A stretch of DNA of 64,000 nucleotides from an uncultured bacterium. GTDB taxonomy: Bacteria > Bacteroidota > Bacteroidia > Sphingobacteriales > Sphingobacteriaceae. Of the stretch, positions 1-8,797 are shown in pieces. Numbering within the stretch: the stretch's first letter is position 1; every line of letters begins with the position of its first letter. The notes under the pieces are model-generated. The model did no database searches. It saw only the letters and a list, made by a program, of their open reading frames with translations, and was not told the origin of the DNA. The DNA is taken from contig CAIKLP010000082.1 of the NCBI GenBank assembly GCA_903828245.1, forward strand, positions 11,636 through 75,635, given 5' to 3'. The translations under genes and the position numbers were made by a program.

Positions 1-1510
1 TCACTAAGGTATCTTTTGTACTATTCGACAGTTGTATTTCGACGGGCATTTCAAAAAACGAAACGGCTGCCGCAGTACTTTTTTGTTTGATGGTAATTAC
101 CACTTGGTTATTTGCTTCGTTTCTCCAAAGTATCTCATAGTTCGGATAACCTTCGCCAATAAACCAATCATCAAAAAACCATTGCAAATCTTTTCCTGCA
201 ACAGCCGATAAATGGTACGCTAAACTATTGGTGCTTGCATAATCATGTTGCAAGTTTTGATCATTCAAATAATTTCTTAAACCCAAAAAGAAAAGAGAAT
301 CTCCCATAATGCCCCTTAACATATGTAATAAATAAGAGCCTTTTTTATACGATAGTCTTTCGTTAAATATAGTAGAGACATTATTGGTGTCGCGCACTTT
401 TACCGATCCATCACTTACATCGGTTACATAACTAATGGTGCTTGTTTTAAATAAATTCCAAGTTGCGGGGTCTACGCCAAAATCGTTGATTAATGCTGCA
501 AAATAAGTCGCAAAACCTTCGTTTAGCCATATATCTTCCCAGCCAGCGCAAGTCACCATATTGCCAAACCATTGGTGCGCTAATTCGTGTGCAATTAATC
601 CTCTGTTAAAATTACCCATAAAGCTCATGGTTTGGTGTTCCATGCCGCCAGAAAAACCACATTGTGCATGACCATATTTTTCTTTTGCAAAGGGATAAGG
701 ACCAACCAATTTTTCATACAATTTTAAAATTGGAATCACTGCTTTGGTTTGAATTTTAGCATTGATTAAATTTTGCGGATACACATAATTTAAAATAGGT
801 AATGGTCCATTTATTAAATCTGCAGTGTCGGTATATTGTTCATAATTACTTACGGCAAATGCCACTAAATAACTGGTAATTGGATAGCGGTGTTTCCAAT
901 GATAAATAAAATCATTTTCTATCGAATCGGTAGCAACTAGTAAACCATTTGCTGCAGCCAAATAGGGTTTAGGCGTTCGAATAAAAATATCTAGAGAATC
1001 AATTTTATCGTCTAAACTTAATTTTGAAGGCCACCACTCCATCGAACCAAAAGGCTCTGAAAGAGTCCAAATAACTGGGCCATAGCCATGATCGCTTTGG
1101 GTGAATGCGCCAAATCCAGATCGAGAGGGAGTGCCTTGGTATCGAATGGTAATGGAATCTATTTGATGCGCATCAATTGCATTAGGTAAAAATATTTGTA
1201 ATTTATTTAAGTAATCATGCGAATAAGCCACACTATTTTGATGGTATAAAATGGTGTCAATACTTAAATTTTTGGCAAGCGAAAAATAAAGTTTGTTAGT
1301 GACTTGGCTAGTTTGAAAGTAGTAGGTAATCTCCCCCTTAATATAATTTACATTAGGGTCAATTTGCCAATCCGTATGTAGATAGGTTAAATTAATACGA
1401 CTACTATCAAAGTAAGCTATCGGGCTGAGTGCTTTTGCTTTATTTTCTTGCGCTAAAATTTGCGCCGAAAAAAAGATAATAAGCATTAAAAATAAAAGTC
1501 TTTTAAGCAT
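1..1510 (-). CDS. M1-family zinc metallopeptidase (aminopeptidase N-like); 3' end runs off the window
   Basis: Not in the supplied track because it is truncated. My minus-strand translation gives ATG at 1510 and MLKRLLFLMLIIFFSAQILAQE (signal peptide). In the same frame at ~515-595 it reads IAHELAHQWFGN...WLNEGFATY, the HEXXH-18-E signature of family M1. I checked the frame is open over the first 60 nt at the window edge. Confidence 0.85.
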   Translation of the reverse strand, partial: MLKRLLFLMLIIFFSAQILAQENKAKALSPIAYFDSSRINLTYLHTDWQIDPNVNYIKGEITYYFQTSQVTNKLYFSLAKNLSIDTILYHQNSVAYSHDYLNKLQIFLPNAIDAHQIDSITIRYQGTPSRSGFGAFTQSDHGYGPVIWTLSEPFGSMEWWPSKLSLDDKIDSLDIFIRTPKPYLAAANGLLVATDSIENDFIYHWKHRYPITSYLVAFAVSNYEQYTDTADLINGPLPILNYVYPQNLINAKIQTKAVIPILKLYEKLVGPYPFAKEKYGHAQCGFSGGMEHQTMSFMGNFNRGLIAHELAHQWFGNMVTCAGWEDIWLNEGFATYFAALINDFGVDPATWNLFKTSTISYVTDVSDGSVKVRDTNNVSTIFNERLSYKKGSYLLHMLRGIMGDSLFFLGLRNYLNDQNLQHDYASTNSLAYHLSAVAGKDLQWFFDDWFIGEGYPNYEILWRNEANNQVVITIKQKSTAAAVSFFEMPVEIQLSNSTKDTLV

Positions 1511-2681
1511 ATAGCGTAATTCTAAAAGTACTGCCTTTTCCAAGTACAGATTCTTTTACGGCAATTTGGCCATTGTGGTAGTTTTCGATGATTCGCTTTG
1601 CCAGCGATAGTCCTAAGCCCCATCCTCTTTTTCTGGTAGTATAGCCTGGTTCAAAAACAGTTTCAAATTTTGATTTAGGAATGCCTGCACCGGTATCCGA
1701 AATATCGATAAACACTTTATTCTTTTGTTGAGAAACGGAAAGCTTAATAGCGCCTTGTATGCCTATTGCATTAATTGCATTGTTGCACAAATTTTCAATT
1801 ACCCAATCAAATAACGAAGCATTTACTTGCGCACAAATAGCAGGGTCTCCATTTATTTCAAAAGTAATTTTTTCGCTGGTCCGTTTTTTAATATAGGTTA
1901 TATTTCTTTCGAGTATATCATAAACATTTTCCGATTTCAGTACAGGAATAGATCCAATTTTTGAAAAACGATCGGCCACTATTTCTAGTTTTTTTACATC
2001 GTTTTCTATTTCGTCAACGATGCTAATTTCTTGGGTCGAAATTTTTAATCTTAAATGTTCTATCCAAGCCAATAACGATGAAATAGGAGTGCCAAGTTGA
2101 TGAGCGGTTTCTTTAGCTAAACCAACCCATACGCGGTTTTGCTCCGATTTTCGACTAGCACTAAAAGCCAAATAAGAAACAAATAAAAATACAGCAATTA
2201 TAGCAAGTTGTATATAAGGATAAATTTTCAACTGCATCAAAATAGAAGAATCTTTATAATAGATAAACTGTTTTTCTCCAGGAATTACTTCATAAATTAT
2301 CGGATCATGTTGTTGTTTCATGATGGCTAATTGCGCTTGAAAATAATTTGGGTCGAATTGCTTGTTGGGTTCGTTCGTAGCGTCAAATGTTTTGGTCGTA
2401 TCTAAACCTCTACTATGTAAAACAACATTATTAGAATCGGCAATAATGGTTGCCATATCATTATTGTTAATAATGTTTTCAAAAAGGAAAACAATAAACT
2501 CGCCATCTGTTGCTTTGATTAATTGCTTGGTGGCTTCGATACGAAGTTCAATTTTTTGTTTTTCTTCGATTTGTAAACGCTTTACCAAAATATTTGTATA
2601 AACCAAAGAAGACAATCCAATGACAACCGCAAATAGGAGCAGCAATATTTTTCTATTCTTTTTGGTTTCTGGTTTGTTCAT
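1503..2681 (-). CDS. Sensor histidine kinase (HisKA + HATPase_c), two TM helices; no response regulator adjacent
   Basis: H-box HQLGTPISSLLAWIEHL, N-box NLCNNAINA, G-boxes DTGAGIP and GWGLGLS. TM segments ILLLLFAVVIGLSSLVY and IQLAIIAVFLFVSYLAF flank a periplasmic stretch. The stop overlaps the M1 peptidase ATG by 8 nt. Confidence 0.85.
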   Translation of the reverse strand: MNKPETKKNRKILLLLFAVVIGLSSLVYTNILVKRLQIEEKQKIELRIEATKQLIKATDGEFIVFLFENIINNNDMATIIADSNNVVLHSRGLDTTKTFDATNEPNKQFDPNYFQAQLAIMKQQHDPIIYEVIPGEKQFIYYKDSSILMQLKIYPYIQLAIIAVFLFVSYLAFSASRKSEQNRVWVGLAKETAHQLGTPISSLLAWIEHLRLKISTQEISIVDEIENDVKKLEIVADRFSKIGSIPVLKSENVYDILERNITYIKKRTSEKITFEINGDPAICAQVNASLFDWVIENLCNNAINAIGIQGAIKLSVSQQKNKVFIDISDTGAGIPKSKFETVFEPGYTTRKRGWGLGLSLAKRIIENYHNGQIAVKESVLGKGSTFRITLYA

Positions 2682-2739
2682 CGAACGAAAATACTAATTA
2701 ATCATTGATCGATGTATATTTTAAGAATGCAATAATTTC

Positions 2740-2769
2740 CCAAAATCAGACCAAAATCGGACCCAAAAT
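2740..2769. repeat. Three phased CCAAAAT direct repeats (starts 2740, 2751, 2763)
   Basis: Read directly. The spacing is 11 and 12 nt, in the divergent histidine-kinase / gltX intergenic region. Confidence 0.4.
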
Positions 2770-2803
2770 TGCTTAATTGGCGCTATTTAGCGCTCAAAAT
2801 ACT

Positions 2804-2811
2804 TATATTTG
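2804..2811 (+). promoter_or_regulatory. Bacteroidota -7 box TATATTTG upstream of gltX
   Basis: Exact TAnnTTTG match. Its G is 8 nt before ATG 2819, implying a leader of only a few nt. Confidence 0.4.
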
Positions 2812-2818
2812 TAAGCTT

Positions 2819-4354
2819 ATGGAAAGAAAAGTACGTGTTCGATTTGCGCCTAGTCCAACTGGCCCATTACATATGGGTGGAGTTCGTACGGCACTATATA
2901 ATTATTTATTTGCAAAAAAACATGGCGGAGATATGTTGCTTCGTATCGAAGATACCGATCAAACCAGGTATGTGCCAGGTGCAGAAAATTATATTATCGA
3001 ATCTTTGGCATGGTGTGGCATTACTTTCGACGAGGGAGTTCATGTGGGAGGTCCGCATGCGCCTTATCGTCAATCCGAAAGAAAAGAAATGTATAAGCAA
3101 TATGCTTTACAATTAATTGAATCTGGGCATGCATATTATGCTTTTGACAGCATGGAGGAATTGGATGCAATGCGCGAAAATTTGAAAGCAGCTAATGTTG
3201 CTTCGCCTCAATACAATTATATTACCAGAGAGGGCATGAAAAACTCGCTCACTTTGCCTAGCGACGAAGTGGCCCGAAGATTAGCGGCCGGCGATGCTTA
3301 TGTAATTCGAATGAAAATTCCTCGTAAAGAAGAAGTGCGTGTGGTAGATTTAATTAGAGGAAATGTGTTAGTGCAAACTTCACAAATGGACGACAAAGTT
3401 TTGTTCAAATCTGATGGTATGCCAACTTATCATTTAGCCAATGTGGTAGATGATTATTTAATGAAAATTACCCATGTTATTAGAGGAGAAGAATGGTTAC
3501 CATCGGCTCCCTTACATGTATTACTTTATAGATATTTAGGATGGGAAGAAGTGATGCCACAATTTGCGCATTTACCATTATTGCTTAAGCCAGACGGCAA
3601 TGGCAAATTGAGTAAGCGTGATGGAGACAGACTAGGATTCCCTGTTTTTCCACTAAAATGGCAAGATCCATTTACCGAAGAAATTAGTTCTGGCTATAGA
3701 GAAAACGGGCACATTCCAGCTGCTTTTATTAATATGTTAGCCTTGTTAGGATGGAATCCTGGAACGCCACAAGAAATTTTCAGCATGTCGGAATTAATCG
3801 AAGCATTTAGCATTGAAAGAATTTCTAAGTCGGGTGCGAAATTCGATGCTGCAAAAACCAAATGGTTTAATCAGCAATATTTAAGACAAACATCTTCCGA
3901 AGATTTAGCTAAAATTTTTGTAACAGAAATTCAAGCTAAGGGTTTTGATTTTCCAATAACTTATATTCAAGCGGTCTGCGAATTAGTAAAAGAGAAGGCG
4001 CAATTTTCGAATGAGTTTTGGTCTTTAGCGAGTTATTTTTTCGAAGAACCAACTTCATTTGACATGGACTTAGTTCGTAAAAAATGGAAAGATGCAGTAC
4101 CTTCATTTATGGCTAATTTAGCGGCAGATTTAAATTCAACCGAAAGTTTTGATGCGCTTAGTATAGAATCATTATTTAAAATAACAGCCGAAAATAATGG
4201 TATTGGTGCGGGTGCTGTTATGCAAATATTTAGAATTGCAATCTCCGGTCAAGCGGCCGGCCCGGCTATATTTGAGCTTACTTCATTAATTGGGAAAGAA
4301 CGTATTGTAAAGCGTTTAAATATTGCCATCAATCAATTCAATACTATAGCATAA
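2819..4354 (+). CDS. gltX: Glutamate--tRNA ligase
   Basis: Class I signatures PTGPLHMGG (HIGH) and KLSKR (KMSKS). I prefer ATG at 2819 ([15 protein letters not shown]) over the TTG at 2777 in the track, which would lie upstream of the -7 box at 2804-2811. Confidence 0.95.
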   Translation: MERKVRVRFAPSPTGPLHMGGVRTALYNYLFAKKHGGDMLLRIEDTDQTRYVPGAENYIIESLAWCGITFDEGVHVGGPHAPYRQSERKEMYKQYALQLIESGHAYYAFDSMEELDAMRENLKAANVASPQYNYITREGMKNSLTLPSDEVARRLAAGDAYVIRMKIPRKEEVRVVDLIRGNVLVQTSQMDDKVLFKSDGMPTYHLANVVDDYLMKITHVIRGEEWLPSAPLHVLLYRYLGWEEVMPQFAHLPLLLKPDGNGKLSKRDGDRLGFPVFPLKWQDPFTEEISSGYRENGHIPAAFINMLALLGWNPGTPQEIFSMSELIEAFSIERISKSGAKFDAAKTKWFNQQYLRQTSSEDLAKIFVTEIQAKGFDFPITYIQAVCELVKEKAQFSNEFWSLASYFFEEPTSFDMDLVRKKWKDAVPSFMANLAADLNSTESFDALSIESLFKITAENNGIGAGAVMQIFRIAISGQAAGPAIFELTSLIGKERIVKRLNIAINQFNTIA

Positions 4355-4376
4355 ACACAATCAAAAGCAAACCACT

Positions 4377-4784
4377 ATGAAAAGACCAATTAGAGTTTTA
4401 GTAGCAAAATGCGGATTAGATGGACACGATAGAGGTGCAAAAATAATTGCTACTTCGCTGCGTGATGCTGGAATGGAAGTGATTTACACAGGACTTAGAC
4501 AAACGCCCGAAATGATTGTAAACGCTGCTTTGCAAGAAGATGTTGACGCTATTGGTGTTAGTATTTTAAGTGGAGCACATTTAACTGTTTTTCCAAAAAT
4601 TATTCATTTAATGAAAGAAAAAGGAATGAATGATGTGCTACTAACGGGCGGCGGAATTATTCCAGAACCAGACATGGAGCAATTAGCTCAGATGGGCGTT
4701 GGACAACTGTTTGCGCCAGGCACCGCCACTTCCAATATTGTTGATTATATTACGCAATGGGTGTCGGCTAATAGAAATTTCTAA
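4377..4784 (+). CDS. Cobalamin (B12)-binding domain protein, methylmalonyl-CoA-mutase small-subunit-like
   Basis: 135 aa with DxHxxG (DGHDRG), SxL (SILSG) and GG (TGGG) motifs of the B12-binding Rossmann domain. Confidence 0.85.
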   Translation: MKRPIRVLVAKCGLDGHDRGAKIIATSLRDAGMEVIYTGLRQTPEMIVNAALQEDVDAIGVSILSGAHLTVFPKIIHLMKEKGMNDVLLTGGGIIPEPDMEQLAQMGVGQLFAPGTATSNIVDYITQWVSANRNF

Positions 4785-5305
4785 TGAAAAAAATCCTTAC
4801 GCTGTTTTTGTTTTTAATTACACTTTATGCCAATGCGCAAATTGCAAGTACTGGCTATAAGATTTACAGTTGGGGTTCCAATAAAAATACGATTCCCGTA
4901 TTAGCCAAGTGTAATCAAACCAATGCGGGTGATCAATTCAGTAATTGCGAAATCAATAATAAAGACTCTATTTTTTATGCAGGATTTCATTATAATTATT
5001 GCAATTTTCGTTTTTATAAAGAAGCGTTGGTAGAAGTGCATTTCGATTTAAGGTTTAAAGAGCTTGGCAATGTTGTTGCTAAATTGAGCACCGATTTTGG
5101 AGCACCTAAAATTTTAGAAAACGCCACCACGCATGCCGATACACTTATGACCACCATTGGCTATGAATGGATTGTTGGAGATACGCGGGTATTAATTATT
5201 AACAAAGGAATTACGAGCCCAGTTTGGTGCATCCTTAGCTCCCAATCTCATAAAAAAGCATACAGAAAAAAAGTAATCGATATAGAAAAAATAATCTTTA
5301 ACTAA
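4784..5305 (+). CDS. Hypothetical secreted protein
   Basis: 173 aa with a signal peptide (LFLFLITLYANA/QI). No family recognised. Both gene junctions are TAATG stop/start overlaps. Confidence 0.6.
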   Translation: MKKILTLFLFLITLYANAQIASTGYKIYSWGSNKNTIPVLAKCNQTNAGDQFSNCEINNKDSIFYAGFHYNYCNFRFYKEALVEVHFDLRFKELGNVVAKLSTDFGAPKILENATTHADTLMTTIGYEWIVGDTRVLIINKGITSPVWCILSSQSHKKAYRKKVIDIEKIIFN

Positions 5306-6087
5306 TGCCTTACGAAAACATTTTAACCGAGCAAAAAAATGCAACGCTGCATATTACTATTAATCGTGCAAGTAAATTAAATGCATTAAATAAAGCGACT
5401 TTATCTGAACTAAACGCTGCGTTTCAAGCTGCATTTGTAGATGAAGAAGTACGCGCAATTATTTTAACTGGCGATGGCGCAAAAGCATTTGTGGCCGGTG
5501 CAGATATTGCGGAATTTGCAGACTTCTCTGTTGTGCAAGGTGCTGCTTTAAGTAGCGAGGGCCATGCGCAGGTTTTTAATTTAATCGAAAATAGTCCGAA
5601 ACCTGTTATTGCGGCCATCAATGGTTTTGCATTAGGAGGCGGCTTAGAATTAGCTATGGCTTGTCATATTCGTGTGGCTTCCGAAACTGCAAAAATGGGT
5701 TTACCAGAAGTAGGCTTAGGCGTAATACCTGGTTATGGCGGTACACAGCGATTAGCGCAATTAATTGGCAAAGGCAGGGCAATGGAAATGATTGTTACCG
5801 CCGATGTAATCAATGCCGCAGAAGCATATAGAATGGGTTTAGTAAACCATGTGGTTGCGCCCGAAAATTTATTAGCGAAATGCGAAGAAATTGTCGCGAA
5901 AATTATAACCAAATCTCCGGTTGCAATTAGTTATGCCATTAAATCTGTGAACGCTGGTTTTGAAGAAGGTCAGAATGGATATGCAAGCGAAATCGAAAAC
6001 TTTGGCGCTTGTTTTGGAACAAAAGATTTTAAAGAAGGTACGACTGCGTTTTTAGAAAAAAGAAAAGCGAATTTTTCTGGTAATTAG
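5305..6087 (+). CDS. Enoyl-CoA hydratase/isomerase (crotonase family)
   Basis: [10 protein letters not shown] and [22 protein letters not shown], the typical crotonase oxyanion-hole segments. Confidence 0.9.
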   Translation: MPYENILTEQKNATLHITINRASKLNALNKATLSELNAAFQAAFVDEEVRAIILTGDGAKAFVAGADIAEFADFSVVQGAALSSEGHAQVFNLIENSPKPVIAAINGFALGGGLELAMACHIRVASETAKMGLPEVGLGVIPGYGGTQRLAQLIGKGRAMEMIVTADVINAAEAYRMGLVNHVVAPENLLAKCEEIVAKIITKSPVAISYAIKSVNAGFEEGQNGYASEIENFGACFGTKDFKEGTTAFLEKRKANFSGN

Positions 6088-7010
6088 TTTTTACTTAAAA
6101 AATCTGCATAAGCCAATTCAATGCCTTCGGCTAATTCGGTTTGGTAAGTCCAACCTAATGCGCTGAGTTTACTCACATCCATTAATTTTCTTGGCGTGCC
6201 ATCTGGCTTAGTCGTATCAAATTTTATTTCGCCATCAAAACCAATAATTTGTTTAATGAGCAGTGCTAAATCTTTAATGCTGATATCATGACCTACACCC
6301 ACATTTAAAAATTCCGCGCCATCATAATTTTGCATCAAGAAATAACAAGCATCGGCTAAATCGTCTGCAAATAAGAATTCGCGAAGGGGTGTGCCGGTGC
6401 CCCATATTTCTACATGGCTTGCCCCATTTACTTTTGCTTCGTGAAATTTCCTAATTAATGCAGGCAACACATGTGAATTTTGTGGATGGTAATTATCGTT
6501 GTAGCCATATAAATTGGTTGGCATAACAGCAATAAAATTCGAACCATATTGACTTCTATAGGCTTCGCACATTTTAATGCCAGCAATTTTTGCAATGGCA
6601 TAAGGTTCGTTGGTGTATTCTAATAAACCGGTTAACAGGCTTTCTTCTTTTAATGGCTGCGGGGCTAATTTTGGATAAATGCAAGAAGAACCTAGGAATA
6701 AAAGTTTAGTAACTTGATGAATATGGGCAGCGTGGATAATGTTGTTTTGTATAGCCAGATTTTCGTACAAGAAATCTGCACGATAAGTATTATTCGCTAC
6801 AATTCCACCAACCTTCGCAGCGGCTAAAAATACGTAGGCTGGTTTTTCTTTTTCAAAAAACTGCATAACGGCCAATTGATTTCTTAAATCTAATTCGGCA
6901 GATGTTTTACAAATTATATTTTGAAAACCAGCAGCGGTTAATTTTCTTAAAATGGCAGAACCAACCATGCCTCTGTGGCCAGCAATATATATTTTCGAAT
7001 CTTTATTCAT
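6084..7010 (-). CDS. fcl: GDP-L-fucose synthase
   Basis: SDR fold [15 protein letters not shown], catalytic YAIAKIAG, and full-length resemblance to Fcl/WcaG. I prefer ATG at 7010 ([11 protein letters not shown]); the track start at 7016 is a TTG. Confidence 0.9.
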   Translation of the reverse strand: MNKDSKIYIAGHRGMVGSAILRKLTAAGFQNIICKTSAELDLRNQLAVMQFFEKEKPAYVFLAAAKVGGIVANNTYRADFLYENLAIQNNIIHAAHIHQVTKLLFLGSSCIYPKLAPQPLKEESLLTGLLEYTNEPYAIAKIAGIKMCEAYRSQYGSNFIAVMPTNLYGYNDNYHPQNSHVLPALIRKFHEAKVNGASHVEIWGTGTPLREFLFADDLADACYFLMQNYDGAEFLNVGVGHDISIKDLALLIKQIIGFDGEIKFDTTKPDGTPRKLMDVSKLSALGWTYQTELAEGIELAYADFLSKN

Positions 7011-7036
7011 GCGCAATACGAATTCCTATTAATTCT

Positions 7037-7044
7037 CAAAAATA
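7037..7044 (-). promoter_or_regulatory. -7 box TATTTTTG upstream of fcl
   Basis: Exact TAnnTTTG match on the minus strand, ~27 nt before ATG 7010. Confidence 0.35.
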
Positions 7045-7137
7045 CATTTATCTTCTCATAATTTATAACATAAATCATAGCAAAAGGCAATTATAAAATG
7101 CAATATTTTTACAACCTTTGCTAAAATTATAAACCAA

Positions 7138-7782
7138 TTGGGAAAAGATAAATTAAAACGCTTTATCGAAATTGCAACATTTGCGAATGTATTTGAGATG
7201 GAGCCCGTACATAAAGGCTTTTGGGGGGCAAATTATTTTAAGAATAGCCATCCGATTGTATTAGAATTAGGTTGCGGAAGAGGCGAGTATACGGTTAATT
7301 TGGCCGAAAAGTATCCTGATAAAAACTTTATTGGGATAGATATTAAAGGGTCAAGGATATGGCGAGGAGCTAAAACAGCCATAGAAAACAACATGCAAAA
7401 TGTGGCATTTCTGAGAATAGAAATTGAAAATATTTTAGACCATTTTTCGGCTGCAGAAATTTCAGAAATATGGATTACTTTTCCAGATCCTCAGCCTCAA
7501 ATTAGTCGAGAAAGAAAAAGACTCACCTCTGTTCGGTTCTTAACTTACTATCAAAATATACTCAAACCGAACGGAATTGTGCATCTTAAAACAGATAGCG
7601 ATGCTTTGTATACTTATACCAACACCTTAATACAAGAAAAACCAATTAAAGTGTTGGCCGCCACATCCGATTTATATCAAGATGAATTGCTAGATGATTT
7701 ATTGCAAATTCAAACTACTTATGAAAAAAAATATTTAGCAGTGGGTAAAAATATTAATTATTTAAAATTTAGTTTTGAGTAA
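7138..7782 (+). CDS. trmB: tRNA (guanine46-N7)-methyltransferase
   Basis: MGKDKLKRF...LELGCGRGEY...WITFPDPQP are typical TrmB motifs. The TTG start is forced: an in-frame stop lies at 7078-7080 and there is no in-frame ATG between it and 7138. Confidence 0.9.
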   Translation: MGKDKLKRFIEIATFANVFEMEPVHKGFWGANYFKNSHPIVLELGCGRGEYTVNLAEKYPDKNFIGIDIKGSRIWRGAKTAIENNMQNVAFLRIEIENILDHFSAAEISEIWITFPDPQPQISRERKRLTSVRFLTYYQNILKPNGIVHLKTDSDALYTYTNTLIQEKPIKVLAATSDLYQDELLDDLLQIQTTYEKKYLAVGKNINYLKFSFE

Positions 7783-8107
7783 ATTAGAAAATAATTTTTT
7801 TGAGCAGGTTTATGCCGTAGTAAAAAAAATACCCCAGGGTAGAGTGAGTTCTTACGGCGCAATTGCGCAATATTTAAGCGCTAAAAATGCAGCAAGAATG
7901 GTGGGTTGGGCCATGAATGCCTCTCATCAACTGTTAGATGTACCTGCGCATCGAGTGGTTAATAGAAATGGTATGCTTTCTGGCAAACATCATTTCCCCG
8001 GCGATAACTTAATGGAAGAGTTATTAATTTCCGAAGGGCATCAAATTGTAAAAGATCAAATTGTTAATTTCAAAAAAGTTTTTTGGGATCCATCTACAGA
8101 GCTGTAA
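7775..8107 (+). CDS. MGMT-family DNA-binding protein lacking the acceptor cysteine (alkyltransferase-like, ATL)
   Basis: IPQGRVSSYGAIA...ARMVGWA...VPAHRVVNRNG. The canonical PCHRV active-site motif reads PAHRV. 110 aa, TTG start overlapping the trmB stop. Confidence 0.8.
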   Translation: MSKLENNFFEQVYAVVKKIPQGRVSSYGAIAQYLSAKNAARMVGWAMNASHQLLDVPAHRVVNRNGMLSGKHHFPGDNLMEELLISEGHQIVKDQIVNFKKVFWDPSTEL

Positions 8108-8108
8108 A

Positions 8109-8693
8109 TCAATAGCAATGACAGCTTAGTAAATGATCATTCACCATTCCTGTTGCTTGCATGTGCGCATAACAAATAGTCGTTCCAAAAAACTTAAAGC
8201 CTCTTTTATTTAAATCTTTACTAATAGCGTCAGACTCCACACTACTTGCGGGTAAGTCTTTGAGCGATTTTCTTTTATTGACAATGGGCTTATTATTGGG
8301 CATAAAAGAATATAAATAAGCATCAAAACTACCGTATTCTTTTTGTAGGGATAAGAATATTTGCGCATTACTAATGGCTGATTTTATTTTAAGTCTATTT
8401 CGAATAATACCATCAAATTGCATAAGTGCTTCGATGGTAGCTTCGTCAAATTGGGCCACTTTTTTTGCATCAAAATTAGCAAAGGCTTTTTTGTATCCTG
8501 CTCTTTTTTTGAGCACCGTTAGCCAGCTCAATCCTGCTTGCGCACTTTCTAAAATCAAAAATTCGAAAAGTACGCAATCGTCGTGGCATTCTTTGCCCCA
8601 TTCCTCGTCGTGGTATTGAATATAAATGGGGTCCGATAAGCACCAGTCGCAGCGTGTTTTCATTTTTTTCTGATTTGCATGGAATTCGCTCAT
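8109..8693 (-). CDS. tag: DNA-3-methyladenine glycosylase I
   Basis: RCDWCLSDPIYIQYHDEEWG and LILESAQAGLSW are hallmark Tag segments. Confidence 0.9.
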   Translation of the reverse strand: MSEFHANQKKMKTRCDWCLSDPIYIQYHDEEWGKECHDDCVLFEFLILESAQAGLSWLTVLKKRAGYKKAFANFDAKKVAQFDEATIEALMQFDGIIRNRLKIKSAISNAQIFLSLQKEYGSFDAYLYSFMPNNKPIVNKRKSLKDLPASSVESDAISKDLNKRGFKFFGTTICYAHMQATGMVNDHLLSCHCY

Positions 8694-8779
8694 TCATTTT
8701 CCCATGCCTAAAGCTAAGAATTATTCATAAAATGTTAAAATCAGGCACCTTAATTGGCTAATAAATATCAAGAATATGA

Positions 8780-8787
8780 TAACTTTG
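8780..8787 (+). promoter_or_regulatory. -7 box TAACTTTG upstream of polA
   Basis: Exact TAnnTTTG match. Its G is 11 nt before ATG 8798. Confidence 0.4.
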
Positions 8788-8797
8788 GGACTAGCAT

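Noticed and set aside
2777-2818. TTG-initiated 14-codon N-terminal extension of gltX
   Set aside because: The extension contains the exact -7 box at 2804-2811, and the conserved GluRS N-terminus begins at the ATG at 2819.
2362-3116. Track ORFs 2362-2601(+), 2769-3116(+) and 2906-3100(-)
   Set aside because: They overlap the histidine kinase or gltX in other frames, and gltX and the kinase carry unambiguous family motifs.
6084-7010. fcl without an adjacent gmd (GDP-mannose 4,6-dehydratase) as a sign of a broken pathway
   Set aside because: gmd can be encoded elsewhere, and the absence cannot be judged from a 64-kb window.
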